From: a virus
Taxonomy: Duplodnaviria > Caudoviricetes
Reading direction: 5' to 3' (one strand)
Length of the DNA: 35,940 nucleotides
IMG/VR virus record: IMGVR_UViG_3300046779_002444
Location: 1 to 35,940 of that record
Shown here one piece after another: positions 9,015-18,138 of this stretch (position 1 is its first letter; the number at the start of each line of letters is the position of its first letter). The position numbers were made by a program, and so were the translations under genes. The notes beneath the pieces were generated by a model. The model had not been told where the DNA came from. It did no database searches and saw nothing but the letters and a program-made list of their open reading frames with translations.

Positions 9015-10171
9015 AAACACTAAAAGACTTTATCACAGAAAATAAATCAGGAGATTCTTCTCTCCATGATTGGTTCACCAAAAGCAAATCTTCCGATGGA
9101 AAACCTGGATGGGTACAACTAGGTGGCCGTTATGCTGGTAAATCTTGTGCTAAACAACCAGGTCAAACAACAAAACCAAAATGTGGGAGTTCCAAAATGG
9201 CTGCAAATATGAGTGATAAAGAAGAAGATGCGGCAGCTCGTAGAAAAAGAGCTAAGGATCCAAATGCAAATAGAAAAGGCAAAGCTATAAACGTGGCCAC
9301 AGAAGAAGTGATGGCTGAAGATGCTTGCACAACAAAAGTAAAATCTCGTTATTCAGTATGGCCAAGTGCATATGCTTCTGGTGCTTTGGTTCGTTGCCGT
9401 AAAGTCGGTGCCAAGAACTGGGGCAATAAAACCAAAAAAGAAGAAACGGAATTGATTCCATTCAAGACTTTTGTTGACGAATGTTGGACCGGTTACAAAG
9501 CCGTTGGAACAAAGAAAAAAGGTGACAGAATGGTACCTAATTGTGTACCAGAAGAAGTTGAATTGGATGAAAATCATATTGCTGTTGCCATGGGTAAAGA
9601 AATGGACGATGAAGGCAGTATGATTATGAATCAACTGGATCAAATGGAACGTTCTATCAATATGATGCGTGAAGTAGTAAAAGACCCAAACATGCAAGTT
9701 CCTGCTTGGGTGCAATCTAAAGTGACACTGGCTGCAGACTATATTGAAACAGTTGCTAGTTATATGTCTAGTAAGAATGAAGAAGTTGAACAACTTTTTG
9801 ATATTATTGAAGAAATGGTAGAAGACTTTGCTATTGAAATGAATGTTGATTCTGAATTGATTTGGGAAGAACTTGAATCGGTAAGTGACGAAGAACTGAT
9901 TGATGAATCAGCGGCTTGGCAAAGAAAAGAAGGTAAGGATCCTAAAGGCGGCCTAAACCGTAAAGGCATTGCTTCATATCGTAGAGAAAATCCAGGCTCT
10001 AAACTGTCTATGGCAGTTACAACAAAACCATCTAAACTAAAACCGGGTTCTAAAGCAGCGAATCGCAGAAAATCATTCTGTGCTCGCATGGGTGGTATGA
10101 GAGGTGCAATGAAGAAACCAAATGGTAAACCAACTCGCAAAGCTTTAGCTCTAAGAAAGTGGAATTGTTAA
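9011..10171 (+). CDS. putative head internal polyprotein (DUF5872-like and DUF6321-like basic modules)
   Basis: MKTLKDFITE start; modules LHDWF..WVQLGG, VWPSAYASGALVRC, CWTGY..VPNCVP, PAWVQSKV, RRKSFCARM..ALRKWNC. Confidence 0.7.
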   Translation: MKTLKDFITENKSGDSSLHDWFTKSKSSDGKPGWVQLGGRYAGKSCAKQPGQTTKPKCGSSKMAANMSDKEEDAAARRKRAKDPNANRKGKAINVATEEVMAEDACTTKVKSRYSVWPSAYASGALVRCRKVGAKNWGNKTKKEETELIPFKTFVDECWTGYKAVGTKKKGDRMVPNCVPEEVELDENHIAVAMGKEMDDEGSMIMNQLDQMERSINMMREVVKDPNMQVPAWVQSKVTLAADYIETVASYMSSKNEEVEQLFDIIEEMVEDFAIEMNVDSELIWEELESVSDEELIDESAAWQRKEGKDPKGGLNRKGIASYRRENPGSKLSMAVTTKPSKLKPGSKAANRRKSFCARMGGMRGAMKKPNGKPTRKALALRKWNC

Positions 10172-10362
10172 TGAAATCATTTAAACAATTCGTGGCAGAA
10201 GAAGGTATGGGTGGTGGCGCCATGGGTGCAGCACCAACTAATGCCGTAGGATCAGGAAATGTTGCAGGCACTGGTGGCCAAGGTGGTGAACCAGGTGTTA
10301 ATAAGAAGAAAAAAGGACCGATACTCATGAAAATGAGTAGACGCAATTCACCGAAAGTTTAA
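10171..10362 (+). CDS. small Gly-rich putative head internal protein
   Basis: MKSFKQFVAEE start, APTNAVG..VAG..GEPGV; TAATG coupling. Confidence 0.65.
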   Translation: MKSFKQFVAEEGMGGGAMGAAPTNAVGSGNVAGTGGQGGEPGVNKKKKGPILMKMSRRNSPKV

Positions 10363-10364
10363 TT

Positions 10365-10811
10365 ATGTGGTTATTACAATGGCTTCCTGATTGGATTTTT
10401 TATTGTATTTTAATTCTAGGTGTATTAGGCCTTCTTGCGTCCTATTTGGTAAGGTTATTCCCTTTCCTCTACATCTACAAAACTCCCATACAACTCGTTT
10501 CTATTGCAGCAATTGCTGTAGGCACTTTTATGTCTGGCGCAATATACGATAATGATGCATGGGAAGCACGTGTAAAAGAAATGGAAGAAAAGGTTGCTTT
10601 ATCTGAACAACAATCAAAAGAAGAAAATATAAAGATTGTTGAAAAGGTGATTACAAAAACAAAAGTAATCAAGACCCGTGGTGCTGATATTGTTAAATAT
10701 GTTGACCGTGAAATTGTCAAGTATGACACAAAGTTTGCACCTGGTGGTGTTTGTGAAATACCTAAAGAATTTATTAAAGCACATAATGATGCGGCCGAGG
10801 CACCAAAATGA
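10365..10811 (+). CDS. i-spanin (Rz-like)
   Basis: N-terminal TM helices, coiled coil, KTKVIK..G.DIVKYV, C.IP..F..AHN.AA; followed by a lipoprotein gene. Confidence 0.75.
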   Translation: MWLLQWLPDWIFYCILILGVLGLLASYLVRLFPFLYIYKTPIQLVSIAAIAVGTFMSGAIYDNDAWEARVKEMEEKVALSEQQSKEENIKIVEKVITKTKVIKTRGADIVKYVDREIVKYDTKFAPGGVCEIPKEFIKAHNDAAEAPK

Positions 10812-11065
10812 AATACTTACTGTTATTATTAGTTGTTGGTTGTTCAACAACTGTTCCTGTCACCAGAAATTTTCCTGATTCTCCTGGTAATGTTGCGATG
10901 ACTCCTTGTCCACAATTACAAAAATTGCAAGAAGATTCTAAGTTGAGTGATATTAGTAAAACCATCACTATAAACTATAATACATATTATGAATGTGCTG
11001 TTAAAAATGACGCATGGATTGAATGGTATCAAAAACAAAAACATATATTTGAAAGTGTGAAATGA
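10808..11065 (+). CDS. o-spanin (Rz1-like lipoprotein)
   Basis: Lipobox LLVVGC, FP.P....M.PC..L, NY..YYEC. Confidence 0.8.
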   Translation: MKYLLLLLVVGCSTTVPVTRNFPDSPGNVAMTPCPQLQKLQEDSKLSDISKTITINYNTYYECAVKNDAWIEWYQKQKHIFESVK

Positions 11066-11583
11066 CAGAAGAACAAGAACAAATAAAAGAACGTACTGGT
11101 TGGATTATTACATTTTTGGCCGCATTTCTGGCAATTACATCATTACTTGATGGTGGTAATTCATCACAGATTTTAGATAATACAATTGAAGCAAATAACG
11201 TTTGGTCTTTTTATCAAGCAAAAAGTATTAAAGGTACTCTAGCTGAAATGGCATATGATAATGCTATTCAAAACGGTGACAAAGCCAAAGCAGAAAAATT
11301 AAAAGCCAAAATAGAACGTTATGAATCTGATCCTGCAACAGGTGAAGGTAAAAAAGAATTGATGGCAAAAGCTCATGGAATTGAAGAAGAAAGAGCAGTA
11401 GCAGAAATGCGTAGTCCTTGGTATACGTATTCTAATGCTTTTTATCAAATTGCAATTGTTATATTGGCCGCATCTATGTTGACAATGAGTAAAAGAATGT
11501 ATTGGATTGGTATCGCTCTCGGTGCATTTGCAATGTTGTTAATGACTCAAGGTGCTTTTTTATGGTTACCGATAGTATTATAA
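11062..11583 (+). CDS. DUF4337-like membrane protein
   Basis: N-terminal TM, A.N.W..YQAKSIK, coiled coil, QIAIV.L plus two C-terminal TMs. Confidence 0.7.
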   Translation: MTEEQEQIKERTGWIITFLAAFLAITSLLDGGNSSQILDNTIEANNVWSFYQAKSIKGTLAEMAYDNAIQNGDKAKAEKLKAKIERYESDPATGEGKKELMAKAHGIEEERAVAEMRSPWYTYSNAFYQIAIVILAASMLTMSKRMYWIGIALGAFAMLLMTQGAFLWLPIVL

Positions 11584-11593
11584 GGATTAAAAA

Positions 11594-12217
11594 ATGGAAT
11601 TGACAAAACAACAACTAAAAGAATTACTTCCTAAAAACCCATACATTGACCACTGGCACCACGCATTAGCAATTTTATTGCCGGATTATGAAATCAACAC
11701 ACCAAAAAGAATAGCAGCATTCGTTGCTCAGTGTGCTCACGAATCTGGTGGTTTCATGGTTCTTAAAGAGAATCTAAATTACAAAGCTGCATCACTACGC
11801 AAACTATTTGGCAAGTATTTTCCAACTGATGAACTTGCACAACAATACGCATCTAAACCAAACAAACAAGAAGCAATCGCTAATCGAATCTATGCATCAC
11901 GCATGGGCAACGGTGATGAAGCATCTGGTGATGGTTATAAGTATTGTGGTCGTGGACTTATTCAATTGACTGGTAAATCTAACTATCAAGCATTTGCTGA
12001 TTCTTTAGAAATTTCTCCAGAAGAAGCATCCGAATACCTTGCAACATTTGAAGGCGCAGCACAATCTGCATGTTGGTTCTGGGAAACAAATAATCTAAAT
12101 CAATATGCTGATAAAGGTGACATTTTGACGATGACTAAACGTATCAATGGTGGTACAATTGGACTTGAAGATAGAATTAAACATTATGAACACGCACTAC
12201 ATGTTTTAGGAGCATAA
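11594..12217 (+). CDS. endolysin, glycoside hydrolase family 19 (chitinase-like)
   Basis: R.AAF.AQ.AHESGG, ENLNY, GDGYKY.GRGLIQLTGK.NY, TKRINGG..GL.DR. Confidence 0.92.
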   Translation: MELTKQQLKELLPKNPYIDHWHHALAILLPDYEINTPKRIAAFVAQCAHESGGFMVLKENLNYKAASLRKLFGKYFPTDELAQQYASKPNKQEAIANRIYASRMGNGDEASGDGYKYCGRGLIQLTGKSNYQAFADSLEISPEEASEYLATFEGAAQSACWFWETNNLNQYADKGDILTMTKRINGGTIGLEDRIKHYEHALHVLGA

Positions 12218-12218
12218 A

Positions 12219-12434
12219 ATGTCTTTCCTATCAAGCATGCTTGGTGATGGATCCGGTGAAATCAGCAGCAAGAGAACAATTACTTTTCTTGCTTTTTTAA
12301 TGTGTTGCACTGCTTTCATCTCCAACTTGTTTTGGGGATTGAACATGGATGTAACGATATATCAAAGTATGATGTATATTGTAATTGGTGGTTTAGGGTT
12401 TACTGTAACAGAGGCCTTTGCACCTAAAAAATAA
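12219..12434 (+). CDS. small two-TM protein, holin candidate
   Basis: SSKR motif followed by two hydrophobic segments; adjacent to the endolysin. Confidence 0.55.
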   Translation: MSFLSSMLGDGSGEISSKRTITFLAFLMCCTAFISNLFWGLNMDVTIYQSMMYIVIGGLGFTVTEAFAPKK

Positions 12435-12446
12435 AAAGGTAAAGCA

Positions 12447-12668
12447 ATGAAAACAAAAATAATATTAATTGCTTTGTTATGTTTAGTTGGTGGTTGTACT
12501 GACCGTTTTAGATACCCATGTCAAGACCCAAATAATTGGGGAAATGATGAGTGTAAGAAACCAGCTTGTGAAGTAACTAGAACTTGTCCTGGAATGATAC
12601 TCAAGGAAAATAACATAAGTACTGCACCAGTTGAAAATAAGATTGACAAAAAAGGAGATTGTAAATGA
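12447..12668 (+). CDS. putative lipoprotein
   Basis: Signal peptide with LVGGC lipobox; DRFRYPCQDP.NW...C..P.C.....CP. Confidence 0.7.
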   Translation: MKTKIILIALLCLVGGCTDRFRYPCQDPNNWGNDECKKPACEVTRTCPGMILKENNISTAPVENKIDKKGDCK

Positions 12669-13111
12669 TTAGAGAATTATTTGTGGATTCACCACGATAC
12701 ACAGGTCAAGAATTAATGGACCGTTTGAAGTTTTTTATTGGTATTATCCTTGCATTAACTTTATTCGGTATTGTGTTTGTTGTTTTATACAGTTTAATCT
12801 TTGTAACACAACCACTAGATGCAATCAGTCCAATCGACAATAAGTTTTTTGAATTGATTATTCCAATCGCAACATTCTTGACAGGTACATTATCAGGTAT
12901 CATGTTGGCTAGTACACCAGAAGCACAAGCAAAAGCATTGGAAGCAGCGAACAAAGGATGGGATAGACCACCATCACCACCTCCTGCGCCGACAACACGT
13001 AGTATCTCAGTTACACCATCTTCACCAGTAGATGCACCAGTGACTGCACAAGTAGTAACAGGATTTGGTGGTAAACCAGCACCTGCACCAGCACCTCAAC
13101 CAGAAATTTAA
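12665..13111 (+). CDS. two-TM membrane protein with Pro-rich tail
   Basis: Two hydrophobic helices; PIATFLTGTLSGIML; C-terminal GFGGKPAP..PQPEI. Confidence 0.7.
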   Translation: MIRELFVDSPRYTGQELMDRLKFFIGIILALTLFGIVFVVLYSLIFVTQPLDAISPIDNKFFELIIPIATFLTGTLSGIMLASTPEAQAKALEAANKGWDRPPSPPPAPTTRSISVTPSSPVDAPVTAQVVTGFGGKPAPAPAPQPEI

Positions 13112-13120
13112 GGAACTAAC

Positions 13121-13321
13121 ATGAAAAAATTATTCTTTACTCTATGCCTAGTGGCATCTTCAACTGCATTTGCTGGTGGAGAAATCAAAGAAGTTTGCCA
13201 TGATAAAGTGGACAAAGCAGGTAAACCAGTTTTAGATAAAGCTGGTAAGCCAAAACAAGATTGTAAAAAAATCAAAGTCCACAAAAAACTAGAAGGCACA
13301 GAAGTTCCTGTGAAGAAATAA
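13121..13321 (+). CDS. small secreted protein
   Basis: AAGGA RBS; Sec signal ending in AFA; two mature Cys; DKAGKP twice. Confidence 0.65.
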   Translation: MKKLFFTLCLVASSTAFAGGEIKEVCHDKVDKAGKPVLDKAGKPKQDCKKIKVHKKLEGTEVPVKK

Positions 13322-13627
13322 ATGGCAACAACAGTAGAAAGAATCGGTATTGTTGAAACTAAGGTCGAAAATCTGAATGAAAAGATGGACGAACTTAAAG
13401 TTGATGTGAAAGAAATGCATGATTGTCTGGATAATACTAGAGATGGTTTATTGAAAAAGCTAGATGATATGTATGAAGCATCATGTACACAACATGCCGC
13501 TTTAGCAAAAGAAATATCCACAATTAAATCTCAGAGAGATAGGTTGATTTGGACATTTGCCGGTATTATTGCCGCAGGTGGTTTCTTTGCTGGCCATGCA
13601 GATAAACTGATTAAATTATTTACCTAA
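13322..13627 (+). CDS. coiled-coil protein with C-terminal TM (XhlA/holin-associated type)
   Basis: ERI..VETKV..L coiled coil; hydrophobic LIWTFAGIIAAGGFFA. Confidence 0.6.
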   Translation: MATTVERIGIVETKVENLNEKMDELKVDVKEMHDCLDNTRDGLLKKLDDMYEASCTQHAALAKEISTIKSQRDRLIWTFAGIIAAGGFFAGHADKLIKLFT

Positions 13628-13634
13628 TCTGCAC

Positions 13635-13663
13635 TTGACTTCTCAATAAGTTCCTGTTACAAT
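13635..13663 (+). promoter_or_regulatory. sigma70-type promoter of the primase/nucleotide operon
   Basis: TTGACT-17bp-TACAAT. Confidence 0.7.
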
Positions 13664-13681
13664 CACAGGAACTTATTTTTT
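13645..13681 (+). terminator. intrinsic terminator of the late/lysis block
   Basis: Perfect 13-bp stem AATAAGTTCCTGT/ACAGGAACTTATT followed by Ts. Confidence 0.7.
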
Positions 13682-13692
13682 ATGGTTTCGTT

Positions 13693-14706
13693 ATGTCCGT
13701 TTTTATTGATAGAGCATTTTTACTGAGAGTTTCACCAAAACTCCAGAAATTCACACAGAAAAAGGAAGACCTGTATAACTTCAGGTGTCCTCTCTGTGGC
13801 GATTCACAAAAGAACAAGGCCAAAGCACGTGGCTATGTTTATCGTAAAAAGAACGACTATTTTTATAGTTGCCACAACTGTGGTGCTTCTACCACATTCT
13901 ACAATCTCTTAGATAAAGTTGACCCCAACCTGGTCAAAGAATATGCATTGGAAAGGTATAAAAATGGTGAACAGGGACGTGACAATTACGTTAAACCAAC
14001 TTTCGATGAATTCAAATCTGAAACCCCGAAGTTTCGTGTTAAACTCAATATCCCGACCATTGAATCGTTACCAGAAGAACATTTTGCTAAGATGTATGTC
14101 AACTCCCGCAAAATACCAGAGTCGTTCCATGCACACCTATATTTTGCACAGGACTTTAAAGGCTTTGTTGAAGGTCTAAAGATTGAAAAGGACGGTCTTA
14201 TAGATAATGACCCACGTTTGGTTATTCCATTCTATGATGAGGATAAAAATCTTGTGGCTTTTCAAGGTCGTGCCTTAGGTGAATCTAAACTCAGATATAT
14301 CACCGTAAAGACAGATAGTGATAATCACAAGTTATTCGGAGTAGACAGGATCAATCAGGAAGAAACGATTTATGTCTTGGAAGGTCCTATTGACTCTATG
14401 TTTCTAGACAACGCCGTGGCGACTGCGGATTCTAATTTAATGGCTGCTGCCAAACACTTTGACAAGACTAAAATTGTTTTGGTGTATGACAATGAACCAC
14501 GGAATAAAGAAATCGCCAAACAAATGGAGAAAGCCATTGAGGAACACTATAGTGTTGTGATTTGGCCGGAAATGATTGAAGAAAAGGATATTAATGATAT
14601 GATATTGAGTAATTTCTCACCTGATGAAATTCAAGATATCATAAGTAAGAATACCTTTGTGAATCTTAGAGCAAAAATGGAATTTATTAATTGGAAAAAG
14701 GTATAA
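13693..14706 (+). CDS. gp61: DNA primase (T4 gp61-like)
   Basis: NFRCPLCGDS..KARGY..CHNCG zinc domain; QGRAL; EGPIDS; DNEPRN; KDINDM. Confidence 0.95.
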   Translation: MSVFIDRAFLLRVSPKLQKFTQKKEDLYNFRCPLCGDSQKNKAKARGYVYRKKNDYFYSCHNCGASTTFYNLLDKVDPNLVKEYALERYKNGEQGRDNYVKPTFDEFKSETPKFRVKLNIPTIESLPEEHFAKMYVNSRKIPESFHAHLYFAQDFKGFVEGLKIEKDGLIDNDPRLVIPFYDEDKNLVAFQGRALGESKLRYITVKTDSDNHKLFGVDRINQEETIYVLEGPIDSMFLDNAVATADSNLMAAAKHFDKTKIVLVYDNEPRNKEIAKQMEKAIEEHYSVVIWPEMIEEKDINDMILSNFSPDEIQDIISKNTFVNLRAKMEFINWKKV

Positions 14707-14708
14707 TT

Positions 14709-15356
14709 ATGAATGTAAAATTGATTTCATACACACAGGGTACAGACGGTAAGAATTTGTTAGAACAGGTTGCTTTTGCAGCCAGAGTCTCAAATCCTGC
14801 CAATCAAAATAATACCGAAACATCTGAAAAGTTGGTTCGGTATCTTATCAAAAACCAACATTGGTCACCACTAGAAATGGTGAGCATTTGTTTAGAGATA
14901 GACACTACAAGAGATATTGCAAGACAGATTTTAAGGCATCGTTCTTTTTCCTTTCAGGAATTTAGTCAGCGATATGCTGATGCGTCCCAGTTAGGATTTG
15001 AATTGAAAGAGGCAAGGTTGCAAGACATGAAAAATAGACAGAACAGTATTGTTACTGATGATGGACCACTTTCAGTGGCATGGCGTCAACATCAAAAACA
15101 AGTTATGGATCTAGCTGAAATTTCTTACAAATGGGCATTGGCCAATGGTATCGCAAAGGAACAGGCGAGAGCAGTACTACCTGAGGGTATGACAGGTTCA
15201 CGCTTGTATATGAACGGAACGCTTCGTAGTTGGGTACACTATATACAACTCCGTAGCGCAAACGGGACACAGAAAGAACACCAAGATGTTGCATTAGCCT
15301 GTGCTGATGCCATTGAACCAATCTTTCCAATGATTAAGGAATATGTAAATGTATAA
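14709..15356 (+). CDS. thyX: FAD-dependent thymidylate synthase
   Basis: ARVSNP, HWSPLE, RHRSFSFQEFSQRY ThyX motif, KEQARAVLP, TQKEH. Confidence 0.95.
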   Translation: MNVKLISYTQGTDGKNLLEQVAFAARVSNPANQNNTETSEKLVRYLIKNQHWSPLEMVSICLEIDTTRDIARQILRHRSFSFQEFSQRYADASQLGFELKEARLQDMKNRQNSIVTDDGPLSVAWRQHQKQVMDLAEISYKWALANGIAKEQARAVLPEGMTGSRLYMNGTLRSWVHYIQLRSANGTQKEHQDVALACADAIEPIFPMIKEYVNV

Positions 15357-15696
15357 TGATGTAGTGAAGTTTATTGAAGCATGTGACCAACCAAAAACAG
15401 ATTCCAATGCTTTTCTTTATGCAAATTTGATTGATGAAGAATATCAAGAATTTGATAATGCATTACATGATAAAGATGAAGTAGAACAACTTGATGCTTG
15501 TATGGATATGATTTGGGTTATTCTTGGGTATTGTTACATGAAGGGTTGGGATGTGAACGGTGCATGGAATGAAGTTGCCCGTTCTAACCTCATGAAGATT
15601 GATCCGGAGACAGGTAAAGTAAACAAAAGAGAAGATGGTAAAGTGTTGAAGCCAGAAGGCTGGACACCTCCACAGTTAGAACAATTTACAAAATAA
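15349..15696 (+). CDS. MazG-like/PRA-PH NTP pyrophosphohydrolase
   Basis: LIDEEYQE..E.LDA.MD, V.RSN..K, REDGKVLKP.GW.PP. Confidence 0.85.
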   Translation: MYNDVVKFIEACDQPKTDSNAFLYANLIDEEYQEFDNALHDKDEVEQLDACMDMIWVILGYCYMKGWDVNGAWNEVARSNLMKIDPETGKVNKREDGKVLKPEGWTPPQLEQFTK

Positions 15697-15711
15697 TAAT
15701 AAGGCAAAAAT

Positions 15712-17499
15712 ATGGAAGAATATCTAGGGATTAAAATTGATTTAGAAAAGGATAAACTGTTCGATGAGTTGGGCATTAAACGACTTAAAGAAAGTTATAT
15801 GAGAGAAGATGAAACATCACCACAACACAGATTCGCCTTTGTATCAAAAGCTTTTGGCAGTAACACTGAACATTCTCAGCGCCTTTACGATTACGCCTCT
15901 AATCATTGGCTCAGTTATTCTACTCCAATTCTTTCTTTTGGTCGTAGTAAGCGTGGTCTACCCATTAGTTGCTTTCTTAACTTTATTGAAGATACAGCGG
16001 AGGGTCTAGTTGATAATCTATCTGAAACAAATTGGCTTAGTATGCTTGGTGGTGGTGTGGGGATTGGCTTCGGGATACGTTCAACAGATGACAAGTCTAC
16101 TGGCGTCATGCCACACCTTAAAATCTATGATGCAAGTTCCTTGGCTTATCGTCAAGGGCGTACTCGCCGTGGCAGCTACGCTGCTTATCTCGATATCAGT
16201 CACCCTGACATTACTGCTTTCTTAGAGATGCGTAAACCAACAGGTGACCCTAATGTGCGTTGCCTAAACTTACACCACGGTATTAATATTACTGATGATT
16301 TCATGGAGATTATTGAAAAGTGTATGTTGGATCCAGAAACGAATGATGACTGGCAATTAAAAGATCCTCATACAGGTGAAGTAAGAGAAACAGTATCAGC
16401 CAAACATCTATGGCAACAAATCTTAGAATTACGTATGCACACGGGTGAACCTTACATTCACTACATTGATACAAGCAATAGAATGATGCCTCAATTCTTA
16501 AAAGACAAAGGATTGAAAGTTCACCAGTCAAACCTGTGTTCGGAAATTATTTTACCAACAGACAAAGACCGTACTGCTGTTTGTTGTTTGTCTAGTTTGA
16601 ACTTGGAGTATTATGATGATTGGAAAGATAACGAACTTTTTCTTCGGGACGTGGCTGAAATGCTCGATAATGTCCTTCAGTACTTCATTGATAATGCTCC
16701 TGATAGCATTTCACGAGCAAGATATTCAGCTAGCCGTGAGCGCTCTATCGGTGTTGGTGCTTTGGGCTTTCACGCATATTTACAGAAAAAAGGAATTGCA
16801 TTTGAAGGTGTAATGGCCAAAGTTGCAAACAATCAAATCTTTAAACATATTAGAGGTCGTTTAGATGAAGCGAATCAAATCTTGGGTACCGAGCGAGGTG
16901 AAGCTCCTGATGCTGTCGGCAGTGGCCAGCGCTTCAGTCACCTTATGGCTATTGCTCCAAATGCTTCTTCGTCTATCATCATGGGAAATACTAGTCCTAG
17001 TATCGAGCCTTACCGTGCTAATGCTTACCGTCAAGACACTCTTTCGGGATCATATTTAAACAAGAACAAGTATTTGGACAGTATCATTAAAGGTCTTACA
17101 CAATCAGAAGATGAATACAACGATATTTGGTCATCAATTATTGCAAATGATGGTTCTGTGCAACATTTAGATATTTTGGATGAGAATCAAAAAGCAGTAT
17201 TCAAAACATCAATGGAAATTGACCAACGTTGGGTAATTGATTTGGCTGCTGACCGTCAACAATATATTGACCAAGCACAGTCATTGAATGTATTCTTCCG
17301 TCCAGATTCAAATATTAAATACTTGCACGCCATTCATTTCATGGCATGGAAAAAAGGTTTGAAAACACTTTACTATTGCCGTTCAGAAAAATTAGCTAAG
17401 GCTGATAAAGTATCTAAGAGAATTGAACGACAAGTCATCAAAGAAATTGATATGACACAAATTGCTCAAGGAAACGATTGTATTGCCTGTGAGGGATAA
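15712..17499 (+). CDS. nrdA: ribonucleotide reductase class I alpha subunit (no ATP cone)
   Basis: STPILS, PISCF, GGGVG, SNLCSE, AIAPNASS, KTLYYCR, C-terminal CIACEG. Confidence 0.96.
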   Translation: MEEYLGIKIDLEKDKLFDELGIKRLKESYMREDETSPQHRFAFVSKAFGSNTEHSQRLYDYASNHWLSYSTPILSFGRSKRGLPISCFLNFIEDTAEGLVDNLSETNWLSMLGGGVGIGFGIRSTDDKSTGVMPHLKIYDASSLAYRQGRTRRGSYAAYLDISHPDITAFLEMRKPTGDPNVRCLNLHHGINITDDFMEIIEKCMLDPETNDDWQLKDPHTGEVRETVSAKHLWQQILELRMHTGEPYIHYIDTSNRMMPQFLKDKGLKVHQSNLCSEIILPTDKDRTAVCCLSSLNLEYYDDWKDNELFLRDVAEMLDNVLQYFIDNAPDSISRARYSASRERSIGVGALGFHAYLQKKGIAFEGVMAKVANNQIFKHIRGRLDEANQILGTERGEAPDAVGSGQRFSHLMAIAPNASSSIIMGNTSPSIEPYRANAYRQDTLSGSYLNKNKYLDSIIKGLTQSEDEYNDIWSSIIANDGSVQHLDILDENQKAVFKTSMEIDQRWVIDLAADRQQYIDQAQSLNVFFRPDSNIKYLHAIHFMAWKKGLKTLYYCRSEKLAKADKVSKRIERQVIKEIDMTQIAQGNDCIACEG

Positions 17500-18138
17500 A
17501 TGAAACCTACAATTGCTTTGTTTTTACATCAACCAAAATGTTCAGTGCAATCTGGTAATGGAATAATTAAAGCATTAGAAACACATTATAATTTTAAAAT
17601 ATTCACAAAGCACGAACTAGAAAATGACTTCTTCGATAATGTCGATATTGTTGCTTTTCCTGGTGGTTTGGGTGATAGTGATAGTTTTGATTTTTTGTTT
17701 AAAGATAATTGCCAGCGCATTTCTGATTTTGTTCATAACGGTGGTCGTTATTTGGGAATTTGCATGGGTGCTTATTGGGCTGGCAATGATTACTTTAATT
17801 TTTTGGATAATGTAAGTGTTGAACAATACATAACTCGACCAAATACAGACACACGTAGACCCCATGCAAAAAACTTAAAAATCAAATGGTTGGGTAAAGA
17901 AGAAAAGATGTTCTTTTATGATGGTTGTGCTTTTGGTCCAGGACAGTATGAGATTATTGCAAAGTATATGAATGATGATCCAATGGCAATCATTCAAAAT
18001 AGAGTGGGTTTAATTGGTTGTCATCCTGAGAGTCAACCACATTGGTATGAGTCGTATAGTTGGATGAAAGGACATTATCATGACGGAAAACATCACAAAC
18101 TATTATTAAATTTTGTAAACGAATTAATGGAGAGATAA
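17500..18138 (+). CDS. BPL_N / class I glutamine amidotransferase-like protein
   Basis: FPGG, GGRYLGICMGAY nucleophile elbow, GCHPE. Confidence 0.8.
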   Translation: MKPTIALFLHQPKCSVQSGNGIIKALETHYNFKIFTKHELENDFFDNVDIVAFPGGLGDSDSFDFLFKDNCQRISDFVHNGGRYLGICMGAYWAGNDYFNFLDNVSVEQYITRPNTDTRRPHAKNLKIKWLGKEEKMFFYDGCAFGPGQYEIIAKYMNDDPMAIIQNRVGLIGCHPESQPHWYESYSWMKGHYHDGKHHKLLLNFVNELMER

